Below, piece after piece: positions 40,522-49,404 of a stretch of DNA of 64,000 nucleotides. Origin of the DNA: Clostridiales bacterium (lineage in GTDB: Bacteria; Bacillota; Clostridia; SK-Y3); assembly GCA_030156665.1 (NCBI GenBank), contig JASGMB010000003.1, positions 2,437 through 66,436 of the forward strand. Reading direction: 5' to 3'. A model generated the notes under the pieces. That model was given only the letters and a program-made list of their open reading frames with translations, did no database searches and was not told the DNA's origin. The position numbers were made by a program, and so were the translations under genes. Positions within the stretch are counted from its first letter, which is position 1. Each line of letters opens with the position of its first letter.

Positions 40522-43146
40522 TTATTTTGATGCTTTTACTTTGGCCTGCGCAGCAGCTAGTCTTGCAATTGGCACGCGGAACGGTGAGCATGACACATAG
40601 TCTAATCCTGTGTTATGGCAGAATTCTACAGATGAAGGATCGCCACCATGTTCTCCACAGATACCAAGCTTAATATCAGGTCTCGTCTTCTTACCAAGTT
40701 CGGCTGCCATCTTAACTAACTTACCAACTCCAGTTTGGTCAAGTTTTGCAAATGGATCGGATTCAAAAATCTTTTTGTCATAATAATCATTTAAGAATTT
40801 GCCTGCGTCATCTCGGGAAAATCCGAATGTCATTTGAGTTAAGTCATTTGTACCAAATGAAAAGAATTCAGCTTCTGTAGCAATTTCATCAGCTGTTACA
40901 GCAGCTCTTGGCACTTCAATCATTGTTCCAACTTTATATTCAAGATTTACGCCAGCCTCTTTAATAATTGCATCTGCAGTTTGAACAACTACATCTTTTA
41001 CATATTTTAATTCTTTTACTTCTCCTACTAAAGGAATCATAATTTCAGGAATAACATTCATACCTTCTTTATTTACATTGATTGCCGCTTCAATAATAGC
41101 CCTTGCTTGCATTTCTGCAATTTCAGGGTAAGTCACTGCAAGACGGCAACCTCTATGTCCAAGCATTGGGTTAAATTCCTGTAAGCTTTCCACAGTTTCT
41201 TTTAATTCTTTAAAGGAAAGTCCCATTTCTTTTGCTAATGCGCTAATGTCATCATCTTCATGAGGTAGGAACTCATGTAATGGTGGATCTAGTAATCTAA
41301 TAGTTACCGGGAATCCTTTCATAGCTTTGAATATACCTTCAAAGTCTCCTCTTTGCATTGGGAGAAGTTTATCAAGAGCTTTTCTTCTTTGTTCTTCAGT
41401 TTTTGCAACAATCATTTCTCTTACAGCCGGAATTCTGTCCTCTTCAAAGAACATATGCTCTGTACGGCAAAGTCCGATACCTTCTGCACCAAATTTAACA
41501 GCTGTTTCAGCATCTTTTGGAGTATCTGCATTCGTTCTAACTTTTAGTGTTCTAATTTCATCAGCCCATCCCATGAATTTAGCAAAATCACCGGTTAACT
41601 GTGCTTCTTGTGTAGGTACTTCTTCACCATAAACATTACCGGTGCTACCATCTAATGAAATATAGTCACCTTCATTAAATCTTTCTCCATCTTTAGTAAC
41701 AAAGAATTTTTCTTCTTCATTTATTTTAATCTCTCCACAACCTGCTACACAGCAAGTGCCCATTCCTCTTGCTACAACTGCTGCATGAGAAGTCATACCT
41801 CCTCTAGCAGTTAAGATACCTTGTGCTGCTGCCATACCTTCAATATCTTCCGGAGAAGTTTCCAATCTTACAAGAATAACTTTATTTCCAGCTTTTGTAG
41901 CTGCAACAGCCTCTTCAGCAGTAAAATATACCTTCCCTGTAGCAGCTCCAGGAGATGCCGGAAGTCCTTTCGCAATAACTTTTGCAGCTTTCAAAGCCTT
42001 TGGTTCAAAAGTTGGATGTAATAATGTATCAAGCTGCTTTGGTTCAACTTTTAACATTGCTTCTTCTTTTGTTAACATGCCTTCTTCTACAAGATCAACG
42101 GCAATCTTTAATGCAGCTGCTGCTGTTCTCTTACCATTTCTGGTTTGAAGCATGTATAATTTTCTATTCTCAATAGTAAATTCCATATCCTGCATGTCTC
42201 TGTAGTGCTTTTCAAGCTTTTCAGCTATTTCAACAAACTGTTGATATACTTCAGGCATAACTTCTTGTAATTGAGAAATTGGCTGAGGAGTTCTAATACC
42301 CGCAACAACGTCTTCTCCTTGGGCATTCATTAAGAATTCGCCGTAAAGTTTCTTTTCTCCGGTAGATGGATTTCTGGTAAATGCAACACCTGTACCGGAA
42401 TCATTACCCATATTACCAAATGCCATTGCCTGTACGTTAACAGCAGTACCCCAATCACCAGGAATATCATTCATTCTTCTATATACAATTGCTCTTGGAT
42501 TATCCCATGAACGGAAAACAGCCTTAACAGCTTCAATTAACTGTTCCCTAGGTTCTTGTGGGAAATCAAAACCTTTTTCTTGTTTAAATAACTGTTTAAA
42601 TCTTTCAACCATATTTTTTAAATCATTAGCGTCTAATTCAGTGTCTAATTCAACACCTTTTTCCTCTTTCATCTGGTCAATAATTTTTTCAAATTTTGGT
42701 TTTGGAACTTCCATTACAACATCAGAAAACATTTGAATAAATCTTCTGTAGCTGTCATAAGCAAATCTTTCATTAGTAAGGTTTGCAAGCCCTACTACAA
42801 CTTCATCATTTAAACCTAAGTTAAGAATGGTATCCATCATACCAGGCATAGATACTCTAGCGCCAGACCGGACAGATACAAGGAAAGGATTATTTACATC
42901 ACCAAATTTTTTACCAACAATTTTTTCTGTTTCAGCAAGTTTCTCTTCAATTTGAGCAATGATATCTTCGCTAATAACTTTACCATCTTGATAATATCTG
43001 GTACAAGCTTCGGTAGTTACTGTAAAACCTTGTGGTACAGGAAAACCTAATCTTGTCATTTCTGCAAGGTTAGCACCTTTACCACCTAATAGGTTTTTCA
43101 TGCTCGCGTCACCTTCGCTAAAAAGGTAAACATACTTTTTACTCAT
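40522..43146 (-). CDS. ppdK: Pyruvate, phosphate dikinase
   Basis: 874 aa with ATP-grasp N-terminus, phosphohistidine swivel motif GGMTSHAAVVARG and PEP-utilising C-terminal TIM barrel (GLCRTEHMF, SFGTNDLTQ). Confidence 0.97.
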   Translation of the reverse strand: MSKKYVYLFSEGDASMKNLLGGKGANLAEMTRLGFPVPQGFTVTTEACTRYYQDGKVISEDIIAQIEEKLAETEKIVGKKFGDVNNPFLVSVRSGARVSMPGMMDTILNLGLNDEVVVGLANLTNERFAYDSYRRFIQMFSDVVMEVPKPKFEKIIDQMKEEKGVELDTELDANDLKNMVERFKQLFKQEKGFDFPQEPREQLIEAVKAVFRSWDNPRAIVYRRMNDIPGDWGTAVNVQAMAFGNMGNDSGTGVAFTRNPSTGEKKLYGEFLMNAQGEDVVAGIRTPQPISQLQEVMPEVYQQFVEIAEKLEKHYRDMQDMEFTIENRKLYMLQTRNGKRTAAAALKIAVDLVEEGMLTKEEAMLKVEPKQLDTLLHPTFEPKALKAAKVIAKGLPASPGAATGKVYFTAEEAVAATKAGNKVILVRLETSPEDIEGMAAAQGILTARGGMTSHAAVVARGMGTCCVAGCGEIKINEEEKFFVTKDGERFNEGDYISLDGSTGNVYGEEVPTQEAQLTGDFAKFMGWADEIRTLKVRTNADTPKDAETAVKFGAEGIGLCRTEHMFFEEDRIPAVREMIVAKTEEQRRKALDKLLPMQRGDFEGIFKAMKGFPVTIRLLDPPLHEFLPHEDDDISALAKEMGLSFKELKETVESLQEFNPMLGHRGCRLAVTYPEIAEMQARAIIEAAINVNKEGMNVIPEIMIPLVGEVKELKYVKDVVVQTADAIIKEAGVNLEYKVGTMIEVPRAAVTADEIATEAEFFSFGTNDLTQMTFGFSRDDAGKFLNDYYDKKIFESDPFAKLDQTGVGKLVKMAAELGKKTRPDIKLGICGEHGGDPSSVEFCHNTGLDYVSCSPFRVPIARLAAAQAKVKASK

Positions 43147-43192
43147 TGGTTCTTCTACCTCCTATGTATTATTTATATATATATGTTTTATG

Positions 43193-43212
43193 TAAGTTGT
43201 TATAACAACTTA
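43193..43212. promoter_or_regulatory. Perfect 20-bp palindrome in the ppdK leader (candidate operator)
   Basis: TAAGTTGTTA|TAACAACTTA. It lies 47-66 nt upstream of the ppdK ATG and downstream of a TGATATAAT extended -10 (43232-43240). Confidence 0.4.
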
Positions 43213-43313
43213 TTAGCATATTGCGGGTATTATTATATCATAAATAAAAATTTTTTCATCATATTTTTTCTTATTTTATTAAAAAATTTTCCCATCTGTC
43301 TAACTTTTTAAAC

Positions 43314-44093
43314 CTATTGATGAGATTTAGAGTCCATATTTTTTATAGATAGTAGGTTTTCTAAGTATTTTAACGTTTTAAATTCTTTATCTATGTGGGT
43401 AAGAAGAAAATCTTTTGCAATAAAATCTAACTCTTCCTGAACTTTGGGAGATACTTCAAAAGAAAAAATCTTATTTAATTTACTGTATAATATATAGCGC
43501 ATTGTATGAAGCGCCCCTGCACTTAACATAATATTATTTCTACTTTTGATATTTCTTAAGCATTTATCACAAACTAATCCTCCTATTATACTACTGAAAT
43601 ATTTTGCCTGTTCAATATTTCCACAACTTGTACAAGCAATTAAATTTGGTGCATATCCAATGGTACTCATTAACCTTAATTCATAAATTACTTTTAAAAG
43701 CCGAGGGTCTCTATCTGTAGTAGATAGCACATATAAAGTGTTTAGTAACAGCTTAAGTAATTTATTGTTTATATATCCTTCATCTATTACTTCAGACGCA
43801 AGCTCTACAAAATATGTAGCATATGATAACTTTTCAATACTATTTCTTATATTGTAAAAGTTTTCAATCACTTCACTTTGACTAACTCTGTATAAATCTT
43901 TACCCCTATACAGTACAAAATCACTATAACATAAAAATTGAGTTCCAGCAATCAATTTACTTCTAGGTCTTTTGACTCCACGAGCAGATGCCTGAATTTT
44001 TCCGTTTCTGCGTGTGAATATTGTAATAATTTTGTCAGCTTCACCGACATTTATATCTTTTATTACCAATCCCTGCGTTCGCAAAATATTCAT
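43314..44093 (-). CDS. recO: DNA repair protein RecO
   Basis: OB-fold N-terminus, zinc motif CTSCG..CDKC and era-yqzL-recO synteny. ATG at 44093 follows AAGGATGG. Confidence 0.9.
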   Translation of the reverse strand: MNILRTQGLVIKDINVGEADKIITIFTRRNGKIQASARGVKRPRSKLIAGTQFLCYSDFVLYRGKDLYRVSQSEVIENFYNIRNSIEKLSYATYFVELASEVIDEGYINNKLLKLLLNTLYVLSTTDRDPRLLKVIYELRLMSTIGYAPNLIACTSCGNIEQAKYFSSIIGGLVCDKCLRNIKSRNNIMLSAGALHTMRYILYSKLNKIFSFEVSPKVQEELDFIAKDFLLTHIDKEFKTLKYLENLLSIKNMDSKSHQ

Positions 44094-44261
44094 AAAATAA
44101 ACCATCCTTATCCCAATAAAAAATATTCCCTAACTATATTTATTAAGTTTTTATAAAGTGTTCTAATTTGATAGTTTATGTTTTGTTGTTTGTAAAATTA
44201 CAAATTTTTGCAGTCACAAATATTAATAATCGTTAAATTTATTTTTGTAATATTTAAATAT

Positions 44262-44371
44262 AAAAAAGGCTTCTGAAAGAAGTATTTTATAATGAAGCCT
44301 TTTTTGAAACGCATTTAACGGAAAGTATAAAACTAAAGGAAACATATACTTTCCTATGCGTTATAAAAAAC
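44262..44371. repeat. Intergenic double-hairpin element, copy B (reference copy)
   Basis: Hairpin 1 is AAAAAAGGCTTC-19 nt-GAAGCCTTTTTT. Hairpin 2 is AACGCAT-ttaac-GGAAAGTATA-loop-TATACTTTCC-t-ATGCGTT, flanked by TTTTTTGA and ATAAAAAAC. Confidence 0.6.
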
Positions 44372-44389
44372 GGGACGTAAGAAGTCCCG
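44364..44389 (-). terminator. Intrinsic terminator downstream of yqzL
   Basis: Minus strand CGGGAC-TTCTTAC-GTCCCG followed by T6. Confidence 0.7.
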
Positions 44390-44397
44390 AATTACTA

Positions 44398-44553
44398 TTA
44401 TGAGATTGTAGCTTTATGTTTTTCCGTAGATTGATTACTGTCATTTATAGAGATTGTTGTATTTATATTTAACTTTTCTATTTCTTTATATGATAAATAA
44501 GCATTAATGTTTCCGGTTTTTTCAAAAGTACTCCACATAAAATTTTGCAACAT
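44398..44553 (-). CDS. yqzL: YqzL-family small protein (51 aa)
   Basis: Below the ORF-track size cutoff. My translation is MLQNFMWSTFEKTGNINAYLSYKEIEKLNINTTISINDSNQSTEKHKATIS, with AAGGGGGA RBS. The FMW..FE.TG.I.AYL.YKE motif and the era/recO position match B. subtilis yqzL. Confidence 0.8.
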   Translation of the reverse strand: MLQNFMWSTFEKTGNINAYLSYKEIEKLNINTTISINDSNQSTEKHKATIS

Positions 44554-44663
44554 ATTCTCTAAGTCCCCCTTATCAAATAAATTATGTAATATTAGGGTAT
44601 CCTTAAAGAACTTATAATATACAAAGAAATAACTTTATGTAATTGTATAAATTTTTACATTTA

Positions 44664-45557
44664 TTATTGATACCCAAAATCTTTAATATAAAAATCATTA
44701 TTTCTCCAATCCTTTTTTACTTTCACCCATAGTTCAAGAAAAACTTTCATACCAAGCAAATGCTCTATATCTATTCTTGCCAGACTGCCAATCCTTTTAA
44801 GCATTTCTCCTTTTTTTCCAATAATTATACCCTTATGTGAATCTTTTTCACAATAGATGTTCGCAAGTATTTCAATTATATCCTTCTCTTCTTTACTCTT
44901 CATTGATATTACTTCAACGGCTATGCCATGTGGAACTTCTTTTTCTAAAAGCTGAAGTATCTTTTCGCGTATCATTTCAGCAACTATTTGTCTTTCAGGT
45001 TGGTCAGTAAGCATATCTTCCGGAAAAAACTTAGGACCAATAGGCAGTAATTTTTTCACTTCTTCTTTTATTATGTAAATCCCATCGTTATTGAGCGCGG
45101 AAATAGGAATAATAGCATGAAACTTGAATAAGTTACTGTAGTCGTTCATCAATGCTAAAATTAAATCTTTTTTTACTAAATCAATTTTATTAATGATTAA
45201 TATCACGGGAGTATCTATATTGCTAAATTCTTGTATAATCTTTTTCTCTCCTTCTCCTATTTCTTTATCCGCTTCAACAACAAATAAAATAACATCAACC
45301 TCATTTAAAGTGTCTTTAGCGATTTTAACCATATATTCACTTAGTTTATTTTTTGGTTTATGTATACCCGGGGTATCCATAAAAATTATTTGACAATCCT
45401 CTTCTGATAAAATTGCTAATATTTTATTTCGAGTAGTTTGAGGTTTGTCCGACATAATTGCAATTTTTTGACCTAACATATTATTTAATAAAGTGGATTT
45501 TCCTACATTAGGCTTTCCTATTATCGAGACAAATCCAGACTTAAAATCTTGTGTCAT
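44664..45557 (-). CDS. era: GTPase Era
   Basis: G1 GKPNVGKST, G3 DTPG, G4 NKID and C-terminal KH domain. ATG at 45557 follows AAGGAGG at 8-nt spacing. Confidence 0.95.
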   Translation of the reverse strand: MTQDFKSGFVSIIGKPNVGKSTLLNNMLGQKIAIMSDKPQTTRNKILAILSEEDCQIIFMDTPGIHKPKNKLSEYMVKIAKDTLNEVDVILFVVEADKEIGEGEKKIIQEFSNIDTPVILIINKIDLVKKDLILALMNDYSNLFKFHAIIPISALNNDGIYIIKEEVKKLLPIGPKFFPEDMLTDQPERQIVAEMIREKILQLLEKEVPHGIAVEVISMKSKEEKDIIEILANIYCEKDSHKGIIIGKKGEMLKRIGSLARIDIEHLLGMKVFLELWVKVKKDWRNNDFYIKDFGYQ

Positions 45558-45583
45558 TACGATAGCCTCCTTAAGTACTGACA

Positions 45584-45979
45584 TTACGTTAAATCTTCTT
45601 TATAAAATGCATGTGGTAGTAAGTCACTTAACGGATAAACTTTTATATTTTTTTCTTTATCACTTAATATAACCTTGATTGACGGGGAAAATTCAGCAAT
45701 CACTTGTCTACAAATTCCACATGGAAAAGTAAATCCCTCATTATCGCCCTGCACCGCTATTGCCTCGAATTCTTTCTCGCCTTCAGAAATAGCTTTATAT
45801 ATTGCTGTTCTCTCAGCACAACACGTTGCACCATAAGTAGCATTTTCTATATTACATCCAGTAAATACTTTTCCACTTTTCGTCAATAAAGCTGCACCTA
45901 CTCTAAATTTCGAATATGGAGAATAAGAATTTATTCGGGCATGAGAGGCTATTTCAATTAATTTTTTTTCATCCATCAT
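45584..45979 (-). CDS. cdd: Cytidine deaminase
   Basis: Zinc motifs CAERTA and PCGICRQ; 131 aa. Confidence 0.93.
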   Translation of the reverse strand: MMDEKKLIEIASHARINSYSPYSKFRVGAALLTKSGKVFTGCNIENATYGATCCAERTAIYKAISEGEKEFEAIAVQGDNEGFTFPCGICRQVIAEFSPSIKVILSDKEKNIKVYPLSDLLPHAFYKEDLT

Positions 45980-45992
45980 ATCATCTCCTATC

Positions 45993-46700
45993 CTATAATT
46001 TGCTTAAACTAAAAAGTAATAGCGTTATCACCATTCCTAAAACAGCACCTAAAATCACTTCTAATAGACTGTGAATTTTTCCTTCTACCCTACTCTGCGC
46101 GACTATTAAACTCAAAAATAAACATAATGTAATAATGATCGGATTTTCTGTAATAAAACAAATGCTGGTAGTAATCGCAAAGGGTAGCGCAGCATGTCCA
46201 CTAACAACCCCCCCACGTAGTGGGGTTTTATGATGAAAATGCACTTTTATTATAAAAATAAGAATCAATACAATTAAAGTAGCAATAAAAGCTATATGAA
46301 AAGGAGTTTGCCTGAATTTAAGAACCAAGTTCATTAAAGTGGTCAATACTCTTGGCTTGCTAAAAAACAAAATATAAGCAACAATGATAGCATTTACAGC
46401 AGAAATTAATACAGCACCTGCCGCAACATCCTTTGCAATTTTTGCAAGAGGATGATAGGTGTCTACAATCATATCAACAACTTTCTCAATTGCCGTATTT
46501 ATCATTTCTGTAACAATAACAATAACAATGGTAAAAAGTAATATTAACAGTTCGATTTTAGAAAAGTTATAAAAAAGGCTTAACAATAAAGCTCCTAATG
46601 CCGCTGCACAATGAATTTTTAAGTTTCTTTGAGTCTTTATTCCATATATAATTCCATTGATGGCATAGTTAAAACTATCAAACATATTTCTATTTTTCAT
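45993..46700 (-). CDS. dgkA: Diacylglycerol/undecaprenol kinase (DgkA) fused to a PAP2-like phosphatase domain
   Basis: The N-terminal ~115 aa are prokaryotic DAGK (E.INTAIE..VD, AKD.AAGAVL). The C-terminal ~115 aa carry PAP2-like SGH and SR.....H motifs (GGVVSGHAA; AQSRVEGKIHSLLEV) across about 4 extra TM segments. Confidence 0.8.
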   Translation of the reverse strand: MKNRNMFDSFNYAINGIIYGIKTQRNLKIHCAAALGALLLSLFYNFSKIELLILLFTIVIVIVTEMINTAIEKVVDMIVDTYHPLAKIAKDVAAGAVLISAVNAIIVAYILFFSKPRVLTTLMNLVLKFRQTPFHIAFIATLIVLILIFIIKVHFHHKTPLRGGVVSGHAALPFAITTSICFITENPIIITLCLFLSLIVAQSRVEGKIHSLLEVILGAVLGMVITLLLFSLSKL

Positions 46701-46786
46701 ATTACGCCCCCACTATCATTTAACACGAGCGATACCAGCAAATAAAAATTAGCTATTTAATTTTATTTCATCTTATGCAATAGCTC

Positions 46787-47296
46787 TTAGGGCCTATTTA
46801 ATGAAAGTTTTTTTAACACTTGTTCCTCTTTATAACGCATCACTTTTGCCATTGATTCTTTTTCATGGTCATACCCAAGTAAATGAAACATAGAATGTAC
46901 AGTTAGAAAACCAACTTCTCTTTCAAATGTGTGCCCATACTCTTTGGCCTGTGTTTTTGCTTTTTCAAGTGAAATGACAATATCCCCAAGTAAAAGTAAA
47001 TCCTCATCATAATCATAATCGCCAATATTATATTCCTTCAAAATATTCTGTTCTTCATCAAACTGTAGTATAGGAAAAGAAAGTACATCCGTAATCATAT
47101 CTTTACCTCTAAATTCTTTATTTATTTCTTTAATCTGATCATTATTTACTAAGGTTACACTTACTTCAACAGCTTGCCTAAAATCTTCATATTCAAGTAC
47201 CGCCTTAACTGCATCTTGAATTAACTTTTGCAGTTGTTCATCCATTACGATATCCTGTTGATTATTTTCGATTATTAATTTAACTTTATCCAACAT
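46787..47296 (-). CDS. ybeY: rRNA maturation endoribonuclease YbeY
   Basis: HSMFHLLGYDH zinc motif; 169 aa; ATGA-type junction with pgpH. Confidence 0.92.
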   Translation of the reverse strand: MLDKVKLIIENNQQDIVMDEQLQKLIQDAVKAVLEYEDFRQAVEVSVTLVNNDQIKEINKEFRGKDMITDVLSFPILQFDEEQNILKEYNIGDYDYDEDLLLLGDIVISLEKAKTQAKEYGHTFEREVGFLTVHSMFHLLGYDHEKESMAKVMRYKEEQVLKKLSLNRP

Positions 47297-49404
47297 TAAT
47301 CAACTCCTGTTTTTTCTGCTTGCGGAATAAGAATTTCATCATCTTTTTTTACTGTAGCTTCAGGATATTCTATTCTTTCATGGAAAAAACCACTAAACAC
47401 GCGTAAGAAAGCTTTTGCAATATCATCAAGATCTTTCAATGTCAAATCACACATATCCAATTGTCCGTCATCTAATTTATCTTTAATAATTTTTCTAACC
47501 ATCCCCTCAATCTTTCCTTCTGTTCTTTTAGCCATAGAACGAACTGCAGCTTCAACACAATCAGCCAACATAACAACAGCAGCTTCTTTAGTCTGAGGTT
47601 TTGGTCCTTCATATCTAAAATCATTAGCATTTACCAATTCTGCCTTTTCACCATTTTTTGCCTTGTGATAAAAGTATGCGACAAGTGTAGTACCGTGATG
47701 TTGTTTAATAATATCCCGAATGACTAATGGAATTTTATTGGCTTTTGCCATTTCCTCTCCATCTTTCGTATGAGAGGTAATTACTAAAGTACTTAAATTT
47801 GCTGTCATCCGATTATGAGGATTATCGTCAAATTGGTTTTCTTTAAAAAAATATGGTCTTTTAAGTTTCCCTATATCATGATAATATGCAGCTACCCTTG
47901 CTAACAATGCATTTCCACCAATCGCTTCAGTTGCTGCTTCTGCAAGATTTCCTACCATTAAGCTGTGGTGATAAGTTCCTGGTGCTTCCAGCAATAACCT
48001 TTTTATTAAAGGTTGGTTAGGATTAGATAATTCCAGTAATTTAAACGGAGTAATAATATTAAATGTCGCTTCCCAAAAAGGTAATGTACCAATGGTGATA
48101 ACAATGGATAATAATCCATTAAATATTCCATTTAATGCTTCGGAAAATATAAATTTTAATTCATTTGTGCCTAACAAACCAAAGCTAATAATCAGTAAAG
48201 CATTTACTATGCTTATTGCAATACCAGCTAAAACCAACTTATTTCGTTGATATGTCTTGGTTATAGCAAAAGCTGCAAAGCTTCCACTTAATAAAGTAAT
48301 ATATATAAAATTAGTATCTCCTTTTGTTAACAAACCTATCAAAACACTAAGAACAAAATTTACAAGTATAGCTAGATTCGTATCTAATAATATAGCAATC
48401 AGCATTGTTGCCGCAGACACAGGAATGATGTATATTGAAAGCTGTTTAAAGCCTATTGCAATTAACAATGTGAATATAAAAATTAATCCAAGTAAAATTA
48501 AGTCACTTCTGTCATTAAAAATTTTTTTATTAAAATAATAAAGATACGCAACTATAATTAAAAATACTAATATAACTATAAAAGTGATACCAATAATAAA
48601 TCTATAGTCTACCCTTTTCTCATTATCTTTAAGCAAACCAAGTTCATCTAATACTTTTATGTGCTCTAATTTTACTTTCTCACCTTTTCCAACGATTTTT
48701 TCGCCTTTTTTATACAACTTAGGTTCAACATTATTTCGTGCTGCTTCTCTTGCTGCCAATGTTTTTTGTTCATTGATTATTTTATTAGGTTCTATGACAT
48801 CAGATAAAATGTTATAGCTTAGGTCTTTTATTTTTTGGCTTACTTCCATCTTTTGAATCAATTCTTTAGCATAGCCAATAGATTTTTCCAGTGAATCTGC
48901 TTCTATACCTCTATCCATAATTTGTGTATGTGCGTTTAACACGGTAATTTGCAATTGCGATAATTCATTATCACTCATTTTAATACAGGTTATAAACATT
49001 TCATCAGTTAACTTAATATTTGATAATTGCTTTAGTTTATCAATCTTAGCCTGTTCACTTATATCATGCATTCCTCTTACCAAATGAACATCTGATAAGA
49101 AAGCATAAATTTTTTCTTGCGACCGTTTTGTAACATTTTGGTCAAAATCATATTGAGGTAGAACTTTACTCTCTGCTTCATCTTTTAATCGTTGCGTGGT
49201 CAGCTTGTCCACAATATCTCTTGGTGCGAATATATCAACAACACTTGGGTCATCAACACTTAAATCATATTTAACTGGAGCAGCCCCACTAATTACGATA
49301 AAAAGGGTAATCACAAAACATAAAAGCCCAATGAATACTTTATACATAAAAAGAGTATCGGATAAATCCAACCGCACTTTTGGGTTAAACTTTTTTAATA
49401 GCAT
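47296..49404 (-). CDS. pgpH: 7TM-receptor HD-domain phosphohydrolase (YqfF/PgpH family, c-di-AMP phosphodiesterase-like)
   Basis: Extracellular N-terminal domain, 7 TM segments and a cytoplasmic HD domain (HSLMVGNLA, YHDIGK, HHG). Sits between phoH and ybeY as in Bacillus. Confidence 0.88.
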   Translation of the reverse strand: MLLKKFNPKVRLDLSDTLFMYKVFIGLLCFVITLFIVISGAAPVKYDLSVDDPSVVDIFAPRDIVDKLTTQRLKDEAESKVLPQYDFDQNVTKRSQEKIYAFLSDVHLVRGMHDISEQAKIDKLKQLSNIKLTDEMFITCIKMSDNELSQLQITVLNAHTQIMDRGIEADSLEKSIGYAKELIQKMEVSQKIKDLSYNILSDVIEPNKIINEQKTLAAREAARNNVEPKLYKKGEKIVGKGEKVKLEHIKVLDELGLLKDNEKRVDYRFIIGITFIVILVFLIIVAYLYYFNKKIFNDRSDLILLGLIFIFTLLIAIGFKQLSIYIIPVSAATMLIAILLDTNLAILVNFVLSVLIGLLTKGDTNFIYITLLSGSFAAFAITKTYQRNKLVLAGIAISIVNALLIISFGLLGTNELKFIFSEALNGIFNGLLSIVITIGTLPFWEATFNIITPFKLLELSNPNQPLIKRLLLEAPGTYHHSLMVGNLAEAATEAIGGNALLARVAAYYHDIGKLKRPYFFKENQFDDNPHNRMTANLSTLVITSHTKDGEEMAKANKIPLVIRDIIKQHHGTTLVAYFYHKAKNGEKAELVNANDFRYEGPKPQTKEAAVVMLADCVEAAVRSMAKRTEGKIEGMVRKIIKDKLDDGQLDMCDLTLKDLDDIAKAFLRVFSGFFHERIEYPEATVKKDDEILIPQAEKTGVD

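Noticed and set aside
44292-44318. 8-codon mini-ORF MKPFLK(R/C)I-stop on the plus strand, conserved in copies A (40405-40431) and B. Could be a leader peptide.
   Set aside because: There is no convincing Shine-Dalgarno sequence, the ATG is buried in the hairpin-1 stem, and the ORF is absent from copy C. It is most simply a by-product of sequence conservation.
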